From positions 17,910-81,909 of the forward strand of contig JAHFGL010000007.1 of assembly GCA_023247445.1 (NCBI GenBank): 64,000 nucleotides of DNA. The letters are read 5' to 3'. Made by a program: the position numbers and the translations under genes. Position 1 is the first letter of the stretch. Every line of letters starts with the position of its first letter. This stretch comes from Candidatus Omnitrophota bacterium (GTDB lineage: Bacteria > Omnitrophota > Gorgyraeia > Zapsychrales > Zapsychraceae). A model generated the notes under the pieces. That model did not search any database and was not told the DNA's origin. It saw only the letters and a program-made list of their open reading frames with translations. Below, piece by piece: positions 1 through 8,240 of the stretch.

Positions 1-315
1 ACTGATGACACGGAACTCTTGATTAGGCAAAATGGCCGAGATTCCGTTAAGAGCTATAAATCCATCAGCTTCTTTTAACTTAAAATCCGCTGACCGAACA
101 ACAAGAAACGTTTTACCCGCAATGTCCTGTAATCGTAAAATCTTTAAGTTTTTTAAAACAGATCGTCCATTCTCACCTGTAGAAAAATAAATGTCATAAT
201 TTGCATTCGTATCGACACCAATAATATTGGATGCGGCATTTATATTCTTCCCCATCACAAAAAAAGCTAACCCTCCTAAGAATAAAACAAAAAATATTTT
301 CTTTATCTTATTCAT
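1..315 (-). CDS. Hypothetical exported protein, runs off the left edge of the window (MNKIKKIFFVLFLGGLAFFVMGKNINAASNIIGVDTNANYDIYF...)
   Basis: Hand-translated: ATG at 315, GGAGG RBS upstream, frame open to position 1, signal-peptide-like N-terminus. Not in the ORF track. Confidence 0.75.
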   Translation of the reverse strand, partial: MNKIKKIFFVLFLGGLAFFVMGKNINAASNIIGVDTNANYDIYFSTGENGRSVLKNLKILRLQDIAGKTFLVVRSADFKLKEADGFIALNGISAILPNQEFRVIS

Positions 316-337
316 AAATCCCTCCCTGTATTAACAG

Positions 338-368
338 ATAAGCCCACCGATGTTAGTGGTGGGCTTAT
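338..368 (-). terminator. Putative intrinsic terminator or hairpin
   Basis: 11-bp perfect inverted repeat ATAAGCCCACC...GGTGGGCTTAT just downstream of the stop at 393; weak U-tract. Confidence 0.55.
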
Positions 369-392
369 GATAAACGGTAAACAAATAAAATA

Positions 393-1049
393 CTATTTCT
401 TTTTCTCAGCAGTCTTTTCACCCGGCTTCGCCGTGGGGGTTGATTCCTTTCCCGGTGGTGTTGCCGCGACAGGTGCTGGAGGCTTACTTGAGGTTGATAT
501 TTTCTCAGGTGATGTTGTGCTCGCCGTATCTAGCTTTTGTCCTGACCAACTTCGCACAGAAAACACATTTTCAAAAACCAGTTTGATATCTCCATAATAA
601 AAGGTCGCAAGGCTGCCGTCTTCGAAAGAATCTAATGATTCAGTTGGCTCTCCATAATCTTTTCGAATTTTATCAAAAGTAATGTTATCCCCGACAAGTT
701 CTTTACGTTCTAAATCATAACGAAGATTATCAATGGCCTTAGTATAAACGGCTTGCTTAAAACTATCGTAACTCCATTCTTTTAAATACTTTTTCTTTTC
801 TAAATCAATTTTTACTCCACCATAATCGTAAGAAATTTTCTTGTCAGTATCTGTAATGCTAGCGGCCTCGCCATAATTCGACTGAAAATCTTTTAGTCGT
901 GTCGCTCCCACTTTAATTTTTCCATCACGTAAATCTGCCTTAAGTTCTTCGACTTGATCGGCCGTGGCCGTGATGCCTTTAAGCGCCCAAGCCGAGGCTG
1001 TTACAGATAACAACAAACCAACTAAAACAAATAATTTAATCCCTTTCAT
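393..1049 (-). CDS. Exported hypothetical protein with an internal two-domain duplication and a Pro/Thr/Lys-rich tail
   Basis: Start moved to MKGIKLFVLVGLLLSVTASAWA (signal peptide, AxA site); an extended -10 overlaps the ORF-track start at 1106. Confidence 0.75.
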   Translation of the reverse strand: MKGIKLFVLVGLLLSVTASAWALKGITATADQVEELKADLRDGKIKVGATRLKDFQSNYGEAASITDTDKKISYDYGGVKIDLEKKKYLKEWSYDSFKQAVYTKAIDNLRYDLERKELVGDNITFDKIRKDYGEPTESLDSFEDGSLATFYYGDIKLVFENVFSVRSWSGQKLDTASTTSPEKISTSSKPPAPVAATPPGKESTPTAKPGEKTAEKKK

Positions 1050-1104
1050 CTTGGCCAACCTTTCAGGATAGATATGATCTTCTGGAATTTTTATCTTGGT
1101 GCCC

Positions 1105-1113
1105 ATTATAACA
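1105..1113 (-). promoter_or_regulatory. Extended -10 promoter (TGnTATAAT)
   Basis: Minus strand reads TGTTATAAT about 55 nt upstream of ATG 1049. Confidence 0.5.
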
Positions 1114-1169
1114 TATTTAAAAAAGACCGAATCTAAAAATTAAGATTTTTTCAACACTCTCAAACAATA

Positions 1170-2906
1170 CTAAAGGGCTAATTCATTTTTAATAACATCC
1201 ATTAAAGGAGCGATTGTGCTTTCTGAAAAATCAAAACGAATCCCCGCGGCACGAAAGAGTTCTGGCAAAGGACGTGAACCTCCGAGTGACAATCCTTGAC
1301 GATAATCCTTGATCGCTTTGGTCCAATCTTTCTTGGCGTTAAACCATACTTGAAGAGCGCCTAATTGTGCAATGCCATATTCAATATAATAAAATGGGAC
1401 CTCAAAAACATGCAACTGCCGATGCCAAAGAAAACTGTGCTCCTCATCCAACGAACTCCAATCAACCAAAGAATCACCAAATCGTTTTCGAATGGCTAAC
1501 CACATTTTCTTTCGATCAGAAGAACTATGTTTTGGATTTTCATAAATCCAATGTTGAAAGGCATCGATTGTGGCGACCCAAATAAGTAACGAAATAATAT
1601 CTTCCAAATGTGAAATGCGCGAGCGTTCTTCATCTTCAGGTTTATAAAAGCTCGGGAGATATTCTCCCCCTAAAAGCTCCATGCTCATGGACGCGACCTC
1701 ATTAAATTCCATTGGCCCATGGCGATAGCTATAAAGAGGATGATGACAACACGCCAGCGAATGAAACGCATGTCCGCCCTCGTGCAAAAGTGTGCGCACA
1801 TCATCATCAACACCAACAGCGTTCATAAAAATAAAAGGTTTACGAACTTCCTGTAAGGCCGATTGATAGCCGCCGGGAGCCTTGCCCTTTCGGCTAGCTA
1901 AATCAAGAAGCCCCAGATCCGCCATATTTTTAAACTGTTCACCAAAAAGCGGCTCAACTTTCTTAAAAATTTCCTGGCAATTTCCAATAAGCTCGGTAAC
2001 GTGTGTAAAGGGTTTAAGCGGTGCGCGTCCTAGCGGATCAACAGCCAAATCCCACGGGCGAAGACTGTCCAACTTCATTTCCTTTTTGCGTCGCTCTAGA
2101 ATCTTTGACCATAACGGAACAAGCAAACGTTCAACCGTTTGATGATATTTCTTGCAATCTTCTGGCGTGTAATCAAACCGATGGAGTGATCGAAATTTAT
2201 AATCACAAAAATTCTGACATTTAGCATTTTGCGCTATTTTGTCGCGCAAGTTAAGCATCTGATCAAAGATCTGGTCAACCTTGTCCTTATCTTGCAATCT
2301 TCGTTTTGCAGTGGCCCGCCAGGCGGATTCACGCAGCGCACGATCCGGCTCGAGTAAATATTTTCCCATTTGCGGCAGTGTTTGCTCTTTCCCCTGAAAG
2401 TTAACTGTCATCGCCCCGCAAATCTTTTGATATTCCTGAGACAATAAATCAACCTTGGTTTGCAAGGCAATATTTTCTTGCACAAACAATGAAACATCCA
2501 TGGCAAGACCACGGTTGTAAACCTCGTAATGCTTTGGATCCAACTTAAACGTTTTCATTTCCTTAAAATATTTTTGATTGAGCTGATCCTCAAGCGGCTT
2601 AATTGCAGGGACAATATGTTCAATGAAATGTTGATAGACGCTTGCATACGAAGCATCATCGGTTTGACACGTCATGCGAATGTAACGAATCGACCCCTCT
2701 TGATCCATGACGCTTTCCAGTTCGGAGCGATCAATGAGCCACTCTTCCAAATCCTTAGCCGATTGAATACTACGGCTTAATAATTTCTCACAAATCGCCT
2801 GAACATCTGCTACTTCCCCCGCTTTAAAATTTTCAGGAACGAATTTGCGCTTCTGGTATTTAGGCAACTGATCAAAATCTAAAGATATTGGTGTAGTTGT
2901 AGACAT
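1170..2906 (-). CDS. M3 family oligoendopeptidase (PepF-like)
   Basis: HEGGH zinc motif, LRPWD, KAPGGY, E-x-ASM, HVFEVPFYYIEY. Confidence 0.92.
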   Translation of the reverse strand: MSTTTPISLDFDQLPKYQKRKFVPENFKAGEVADVQAICEKLLSRSIQSAKDLEEWLIDRSELESVMDQEGSIRYIRMTCQTDDASYASVYQHFIEHIVPAIKPLEDQLNQKYFKEMKTFKLDPKHYEVYNRGLAMDVSLFVQENIALQTKVDLLSQEYQKICGAMTVNFQGKEQTLPQMGKYLLEPDRALRESAWRATAKRRLQDKDKVDQIFDQMLNLRDKIAQNAKCQNFCDYKFRSLHRFDYTPEDCKKYHQTVERLLVPLWSKILERRKKEMKLDSLRPWDLAVDPLGRAPLKPFTHVTELIGNCQEIFKKVEPLFGEQFKNMADLGLLDLASRKGKAPGGYQSALQEVRKPFIFMNAVGVDDDVRTLLHEGGHAFHSLACCHHPLYSYRHGPMEFNEVASMSMELLGGEYLPSFYKPEDEERSRISHLEDIISLLIWVATIDAFQHWIYENPKHSSSDRKKMWLAIRKRFGDSLVDWSSLDEEHSFLWHRQLHVFEVPFYYIEYGIAQLGALQVWFNAKKDWTKAIKDYRQGLSLGGSRPLPELFRAAGIRFDFSESTIAPLMDVIKNELAL

Positions 2907-2932
2907 TTTAATGTTCTCCGTAAAATATTATC

Positions 2933-2960
2933 TTGACAAAGATTAGTTTTAACGTATACT
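2933..2960 (+). promoter_or_regulatory. sigma70-type promoter of rpmB
   Basis: TTGACA (2933-2938), 16-nt spacer, TATACT (2955-2960). Confidence 0.7.
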
Positions 2961-3014
2961 TTGGTCTTTAAGTTATCCGAACATTATTAGTTTGAATTAA
3001 TTGAGGTAAACGTC

Positions 3015-3239
3015 ATGAAATCATGTGTCATCTGCGACAAAGGGGCTATCCCCGGCAACAAATATAAACGACGCGGTCAAATCAAAAGAACTGGTGGTGC
3101 GGGTTCTAAGATCGTTGGTAAAACCTTACGCCGCTTCCTCCCTAATCTTCAACGCGTTAAGATTGTGATCAATGGTACTGTACGCCGTCACAACGTCTGC
3201 ACATCTTGCATTCAAAACGGAAAAATCACCAAAGCTTAG
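3015..3239 (+). CDS. rpmB: 50S ribosomal protein L28 (zinc-binding CxxC form, long-loop variant)
   Basis: CVIC...RRFLPNLQRV...VCTSCI; GAGG RBS; stop overlaps the convergent recJ stop. Confidence 0.95.
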   Translation: MKSCVICDKGAIPGNKYKRRGQIKRTGGAGSKIVGKTLRRFLPNLQRVKIVINGTVRRHNVCTSCIQNGKITKA

Positions 3240-4921
3240 TCGCTCAATCTAATATCTTTAAGTTTTAACTGCGCTGTTGGGGCTTTATTCCAATCATCGA
3301 TCGTGACTTGATAGGCTAAATCTACTTTGCCCCCCGGTCTGATCATCTCTTTAAACTTCGCCATTCCAAAACCAACAGCTGAGATTGAAAACTTTCCATC
3401 GGTAACCCAAAACTTAATCGTCTCTTTACCTAAAATCACTGGCGCACTTTTGACAATAACCCGCGTTGAACAAAAGACAGGTTCAGGGTTTCCTCCTCCA
3501 AAAGGTTGCAACTCTTCCATCGTGTTCGCCAAATCCAAATTAACACTCGAAAGCGGAATTTCGCAATCAATAGAAATCATCGGAATCAATTTCTTTAACT
3601 CAAGCGTCTTCTCAGCCATCTCATTAATCAAAAGACGAAACGGATCAATATTTTCTTCTTTAATCCGCAAACCAGCCGCTCCTTGATGTCCTCCAAAAGT
3701 TTCTAAATGTTGAGAACAGTAAGACAACGCATCATGCAAATGAAATCCATCAATCGACCGCGCTGAAGCGGTGCCAACACCATCAGTAAGAGAAATCACA
3801 ACACTTGGCCGATAATATTTCTCTGTTATCCGTGAAGCAACAATTCCAAGAACGCCTTTATGCCATCCTTCTTTGCTAAGAACAATAATTTTATTATCTT
3901 TAAAGTTAACTTCCTGCTCGACAATATCCAATGCTTCTTGAACCGTTGTTTGCTGCATCTTTTGTCGCTGCACATTATATTTTTCTAGGACACCCGCCAA
4001 GCTATAGGCCTCATCCCAATTTTGACTCAAAAACAAATCGAGCGACTTATGCGCGGAATCCATGCGACCGGTTGCGTTAATCCGTGGACCTAAAATAAAT
4101 CCAACGTAATAGGGTGTAATTTTTTTTCCTTTAATCTTCGCGATCTCAAGCAGTGCCGATAATCCTTTATTTTTTGTTGTGCTAATTTTAGGAAGTCCCG
4201 CCCGCACAAAAATACGATTTTCACCGCGCAGTGGCGCCACATCGGCGATCGTGCCAATCGAAACAAAGTCCAGCGCCTCTTCATCAACACGCCCTTTAAT
4301 AGCTTGAGTTAATTTTGCCACAAGTCCCACGGATGCTAATTCTTTAAATGGATACGGACAATCCGCTTGTTTGGGATTCATGATCGCGTACGCATCAGGA
4401 AGTTTTCCATCGGGCGGCTCATGATGATCGATAATGATGACCTCAATCCCCATCGAATTTATTGTTTGAACTTCTTCGATGGCTGTAATGCCGCAGTCAA
4501 CAGTGATGAGCAAACTAATTCCCTTTTCTTTCGCAAACTCACCGATCTCATGATTAAGTCCATAACCATCTTGCATACGATGAGGAATATGATTAGTCAC
4601 TTCAATCCCCATTTCAGTTAGCAAATAATACAATAAAACCGATGAGGTCACGCCATCCACATCATAATCACCAAAGACCAAAACTTTTTCTTTGTTTAGT
4701 TGTGCTTTTTTGATACGCGCAACAACTTTGTCCATATTCTTAAATTGAAAGGGATCGTGAATTTGGGTAAGATCGGCAGATAAAAAATGATGGGCGGCTT
4801 GCGGGGTGTTAATCTCGCGATTGATAAGTAATCGAGCCAAAATAGGATCGATATTTAACGCATCACTTAATGCTTTCTGTAGTTCTGAATCTTGCTGTTT
4901 AACACGCCAAATTTTTTGCAT
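3236..4921 (-). CDS. recJ: Single-stranded-DNA-specific exonuclease RecJ
   Basis: GDYDVDG, TVDCG, DHH, GTIADVAPL, PRINATGR, GGHQGAAG. Confidence 0.97.
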   Translation of the reverse strand: MQKIWRVKQQDSELQKALSDALNIDPILARLLINREINTPQAAHHFLSADLTQIHDPFQFKNMDKVVARIKKAQLNKEKVLVFGDYDVDGVTSSVLLYYLLTEMGIEVTNHIPHRMQDGYGLNHEIGEFAKEKGISLLITVDCGITAIEEVQTINSMGIEVIIIDHHEPPDGKLPDAYAIMNPKQADCPYPFKELASVGLVAKLTQAIKGRVDEEALDFVSIGTIADVAPLRGENRIFVRAGLPKISTTKNKGLSALLEIAKIKGKKITPYYVGFILGPRINATGRMDSAHKSLDLFLSQNWDEAYSLAGVLEKYNVQRQKMQQTTVQEALDIVEQEVNFKDNKIIVLSKEGWHKGVLGIVASRITEKYYRPSVVISLTDGVGTASARSIDGFHLHDALSYCSQHLETFGGHQGAAGLRIKEENIDPFRLLINEMAEKTLELKKLIPMISIDCEIPLSSVNLDLANTMEELQPFGGGNPEPVFCSTRVIVKSAPVILGKETIKFWVTDGKFSISAVGFGMAKFKEMIRPGGKVDLAYQVTIDDWNKAPTAQLKLKDIRLSD

Positions 4922-4950
4922 GAACTATATCCTCCGTGATCTAACTAGTT

Positions 4951-5814
4951 TTACTCAACCATACCGGCTCGGTTGTGAGGATAATAAACCTTATAAATTT
5001 TACCAACAATATATTCCTTGGGAATCGAACCAAATATTCGGCTATCATAACTTTCTTCACTATTATCACCTAAAAGGAAATAAGCTGAATTAGCCACCTT
5101 TACCTTTTTATCCGCTTGTCCATACGTTCCTTTATTCGTGTACTGTAGACTCTTAAAAATTGTAGGGGTACTGATCACTCTCTCATTGACGATGAGTTTT
5201 CCCTCCCTTATTTTCACAATTTCCTGAGGCAACCCAACAATTCGTTTGATGTAATGTTTTTTCAAATTTTTCGGATCAATAAAAACAACAACATCCCCAC
5301 GCTGGGGTTCTGATCGATGATAAATCATCTTATCAATAAAAACATGGTCTCCCTCAACTAGCGTTGGATCCATATGCACCGCAGGAACAACAAGAGGTTC
5401 GACCATATAATTGTAAATACATTTAGAAACCAAAATCTGTACATTTATAATCGCCAGAAAAGATATTATGGCTACGGAAAGGATAATTCGGCGGACCCAT
5501 GAGACACTTGGTTTTACTTGATGTTTTAGATTAAATTTCTTAGCACACAGGTAGGCATCCAAAAGAACAAAAATTGTATAACCAATATAAATTATTCCAA
5601 CCCACGAATAAAATTCCATTTTTACAGACGGATGAAGGATAAAAGTAACAACTCCAATAGTATAAAGAATATAAACTAATAATAAAACGATAGCCCTTTT
5701 CCAACGGCCAACATACACCTGTCCTAAACCGATAAAGGCGCTGGAAAACATAACGGCCAAGAGCGGTTCTTTAGATTTGATCTCTTTCTTTTTTATTTCT
5801 TTCTTTTCTTCCAT
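4951..5814 (-). CDS. Signal peptidase I (S26)-like protein with a multi-TM N-terminus; catalytic Ser apparently replaced by His
   Basis: MDPTLVEGD, RGDVVVF, YIKRIVGLP, YFLLGDNSEESYDSRIFG; box B reads PAVHM rather than PSGSM. Confidence 0.85.
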   Translation of the reverse strand: MEEKKEIKKKEIKSKEPLLAVMFSSAFIGLGQVYVGRWKRAIVLLLVYILYTIGVVTFILHPSVKMEFYSWVGIIYIGYTIFVLLDAYLCAKKFNLKHQVKPSVSWVRRIILSVAIISFLAIINVQILVSKCIYNYMVEPLVVPAVHMDPTLVEGDHVFIDKMIYHRSEPQRGDVVVFIDPKNLKKHYIKRIVGLPQEIVKIREGKLIVNERVISTPTIFKSLQYTNKGTYGQADKKVKVANSAYFLLGDNSEESYDSRIFGSIPKEYIVGKIYKVYYPHNRAGMVE

Positions 5815-5822
5815 AATATCCT

Positions 5823-7496
5823 TTACATCGACTCAGGGGCCGTTAAACCAAGAAGCATAAGTCCATTGGCTAAAACAATGCGACAGGAATTAACGAGCGC
5901 CAATCGCTCTCCTGACAACTCTTTATTCTCCTCAACCACCCTATGTTGATCATAAAACTTGTGAAAAGCTGTCGCTAACTCATGGAGATAATTAACGAGT
6001 GGATACGGATCTAGCTGATCATAACAAAAGAGTAAAACATCCGCAAACCATCCCATTTTTTTAATCAAATCAAGTTCAGCCTCTTCTTTTAATAACGAAA
6101 GCTTATTTCTTTGAACTTGGATGCCTGCCTCTTGGGCCTTTTTGTTGATACTGTAAACACGGGCATGGGCATATTGAATATAAAATACAGGATTTTCCGG
6201 CGTTGCTTTCTTGGCCAACTCTAAATCAAATTCCAGATGCGCGCTGATATGGCGCATAAGAAAGAAATAGCGTGCGGCATCAACGCCAACCTCCGTCATA
6301 ACCTCACGTAAACTCACATACTGACCGCGGCGTGTTGACATCGAAACCGGTTTTCCATCACGAAAGAGCGTTGCCAGTTGAACAATCAAAACATTTAAAT
6401 TATCTTTCTTATATCCCAATGCTTCAACAACAGCTGTAATACGCGGGATATAACCATGATGATCTGGTCCCCAAATATTAATGAGCCGCTCATACCCTCG
6501 ATCGAATTTATCTTTATGATAAACGATATCCGGCGTTAAATAGGTATAACTTCCATCGCTTTTTTTCACAACACGATCTTTATCATCACCAAAATCTGTT
6601 GACTTAAACCACCACGCGCCCTCTTTCTCATAAATAAAACCTTTGCCCTTTAAAACATCAAGGACAGCCACAATTTTCTCAGCGGTCGCAATCTTCGATT
6701 GATGACTCCAGGTATCAAAATGAACACCGAAATCATCTAATTCCTTTTTGATAACATTTAATAAATAATCCGCCGCCCATTGGCTAAAGGTTTCTGGCTT
6801 GGTGGCGTTAAGTCCATCAAGATTATTAATCTTATGCTGCGCCATAAATTCTTTGGCCATATCTTTAATGTAATCACCTTGATAATTATCTTCAAGGAAG
6901 TCTACCTTTTCACCTAAAAGCTCTTGGGCTCGCTGCGCGACCGATCGTCCCAAAATATTAATCTGATTCCCTTCATCATTAACGTAAAATTCGCGATCCG
7001 CTTTAAATCCAATAAAATTAAAAATATTAGCCAAGGCATCACCGACCGCGGCTTGCCGTGCATGGGCAATGCTAAGCGGACCCGTAGGATTCGCACTTAC
7101 AAATTCAATTTGAATCTTCTTATTCTGACCAAAGTTTAGGCGGCCATAATTAGCTTCATCTTTAAAAATCTGATAAACGACATCATAAAGCGCGGTGGGG
7201 GTAAGAAAAAAATTAATAAATCCTGGATTCTTGACTTCAATCTTAGCGATCTTATCTTTGAGTGGACTTTTCTCAATGGCCATCGTAAAAATTGCTAAAA
7301 ACTCGTTAGCAACTACGGTCGGGGCCTTTTTAAAAATTTTGGCTGACTTAAGCGCAATATTAGATGAATATTCTCCAAAAACTTTTTCTGTGGGGATATC
7401 TAACTCGATGGGGAGGGAATTTAATTGATCAGGATAAGCGACGCTTAAAGCGTTTTGAAGAAGAGTTTGTAACTGCGTCTTTAAATGGACTAACAT
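5823..7496 (-). CDS. argS: Arginine--tRNA ligase
   Basis: IEFVSANPTGPL, FGDDKDRV, WGPDHHGY, MSTRRG, YIQYAHAR, C-terminal PESM. Confidence 0.97.
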   Translation of the reverse strand: MLVHLKTQLQTLLQNALSVAYPDQLNSLPIELDIPTEKVFGEYSSNIALKSAKIFKKAPTVVANEFLAIFTMAIEKSPLKDKIAKIEVKNPGFINFFLTPTALYDVVYQIFKDEANYGRLNFGQNKKIQIEFVSANPTGPLSIAHARQAAVGDALANIFNFIGFKADREFYVNDEGNQINILGRSVAQRAQELLGEKVDFLEDNYQGDYIKDMAKEFMAQHKINNLDGLNATKPETFSQWAADYLLNVIKKELDDFGVHFDTWSHQSKIATAEKIVAVLDVLKGKGFIYEKEGAWWFKSTDFGDDKDRVVKKSDGSYTYLTPDIVYHKDKFDRGYERLINIWGPDHHGYIPRITAVVEALGYKKDNLNVLIVQLATLFRDGKPVSMSTRRGQYVSLREVMTEVGVDAARYFFLMRHISAHLEFDLELAKKATPENPVFYIQYAHARVYSINKKAQEAGIQVQRNKLSLLKEEAELDLIKKMGWFADVLLFCYDQLDPYPLVNYLHELATAFHKFYDQHRVVEENKELSGERLALVNSCRIVLANGLMLLGLTAPESM

Positions 7497-7529
7497 TAAA
7501 TGCTAAATTCAATACGTTCCTCGTACTTC

Positions 7530-7895
7530 TTATTTAATTTTTTCCCAATTGATCGCTTTTGCTTCTTGCCATAAATATTCAAGCCTATAAAACTCTCTAA
7601 CATCTTTCTGGAAAACATGAATAATAACGTCTCCAACATCTAAAACAATCCACGAAGAGTCACTACCACGTTGCTTTATGGGAATTTTAATCCCTAACTT
7701 AGCGAATCCATCTTGAATACCATCCACAATGGCACTAACCTGTCGATCAGAACTTCCAGAGCAGAGAACAAAGTAATCACAGAAATTAACAAGACGTTTC
7801 ATTTCTAAGACAACAATGTCCTCTGCTTTCTTATCGGAAGCAAACTTAGCGCTATATTGGGCTGTTTTTTTTGACGTTAGAGAAGCTTTGCGAAT
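7530..7895 (-). CDS. rsfS: Ribosome silencing factor RsfS; probable ATT start at 7895
   Basis: DKKAEDIVVLEM, DYFVLCSGSSDRQV, WIVLDVGDVIIHVF, REFYRLEYLW. The conserved N-terminus lies upstream of ATG 7802; AAAGGA lies 7 nt before the ATT. Confidence 0.9.
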   Translation of the reverse strand: MRKASLTSKKTAQYSAKFASDKKAEDIVVLEMKRLVNFCDYFVLCSGSSDRQVSAIVDGIQDGFAKLGIKIPIKQRGSDSSWIVLDVGDVIIHVFQKDVREFYRLEYLWQEAKAINWEKIK

Positions 7896-7965
7896 AAGAG
7901 AATCCTTTCAACAACTCGCAATGAAAGTGTAGATATACGGCGTAATGATAAAATCGCGGAAGAAA

Positions 7966-8136
7966 TTATTTCTTCATTTTCGCGGCTTGATCTTTACTTA
8001 AAACTCTCCAGCATTCATGGGTACCTTTAGGAGATTTGGTAACAGCAAAGAAACGACCGCTTTTTTCTTTGACTGAATATTCCTTGCTCTTAAACTTAGA
8101 TTTTGTTTTCACATCGTAGAATGATAATTCCTCCAT
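7966..8136 (-). CDS. 56-aa basic small protein, CC1 (crenarchaeal chromatin protein)-like: MEELSFYDVKTKSKFKSKEYSVKEKSGRFFAVTKSPKGTHECWRVLSKDQAAKMKK
   Basis: Hand-translated (below the ORF-track cutoff); AGAAGGAGG RBS; own promoter; FYDxK...F...Y...EK...FAVxKSP...WRxL pattern. CDS confidence is high; the family call is from recalled sequence. Confidence 0.8.
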   Translation of the reverse strand: MEELSFYDVKTKSKFKSKEYSVKEKSGRFFAVTKSPKGTHECWRVLSKDQAAKMKK

Positions 8137-8176
8137 ACAACCCTCCTTCTAATGAATGTTAAAAAATAATATTTAG

Positions 8177-8205
8177 AGTCTAACCGATAATATATTTGTT
8201 GTCAA
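8177..8205 (-). promoter_or_regulatory. sigma70-type promoter for the small gene and the downstream rsfS-argS unit
   Basis: TTGACA (8205-8200), 17-nt spacer, TAGACT (8182-8177), A/T-rich upstream tract. Confidence 0.7.
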
Positions 8206-8240
8206 TTCAAAAAAACTAATATTACTGATTTGGAAACAAT

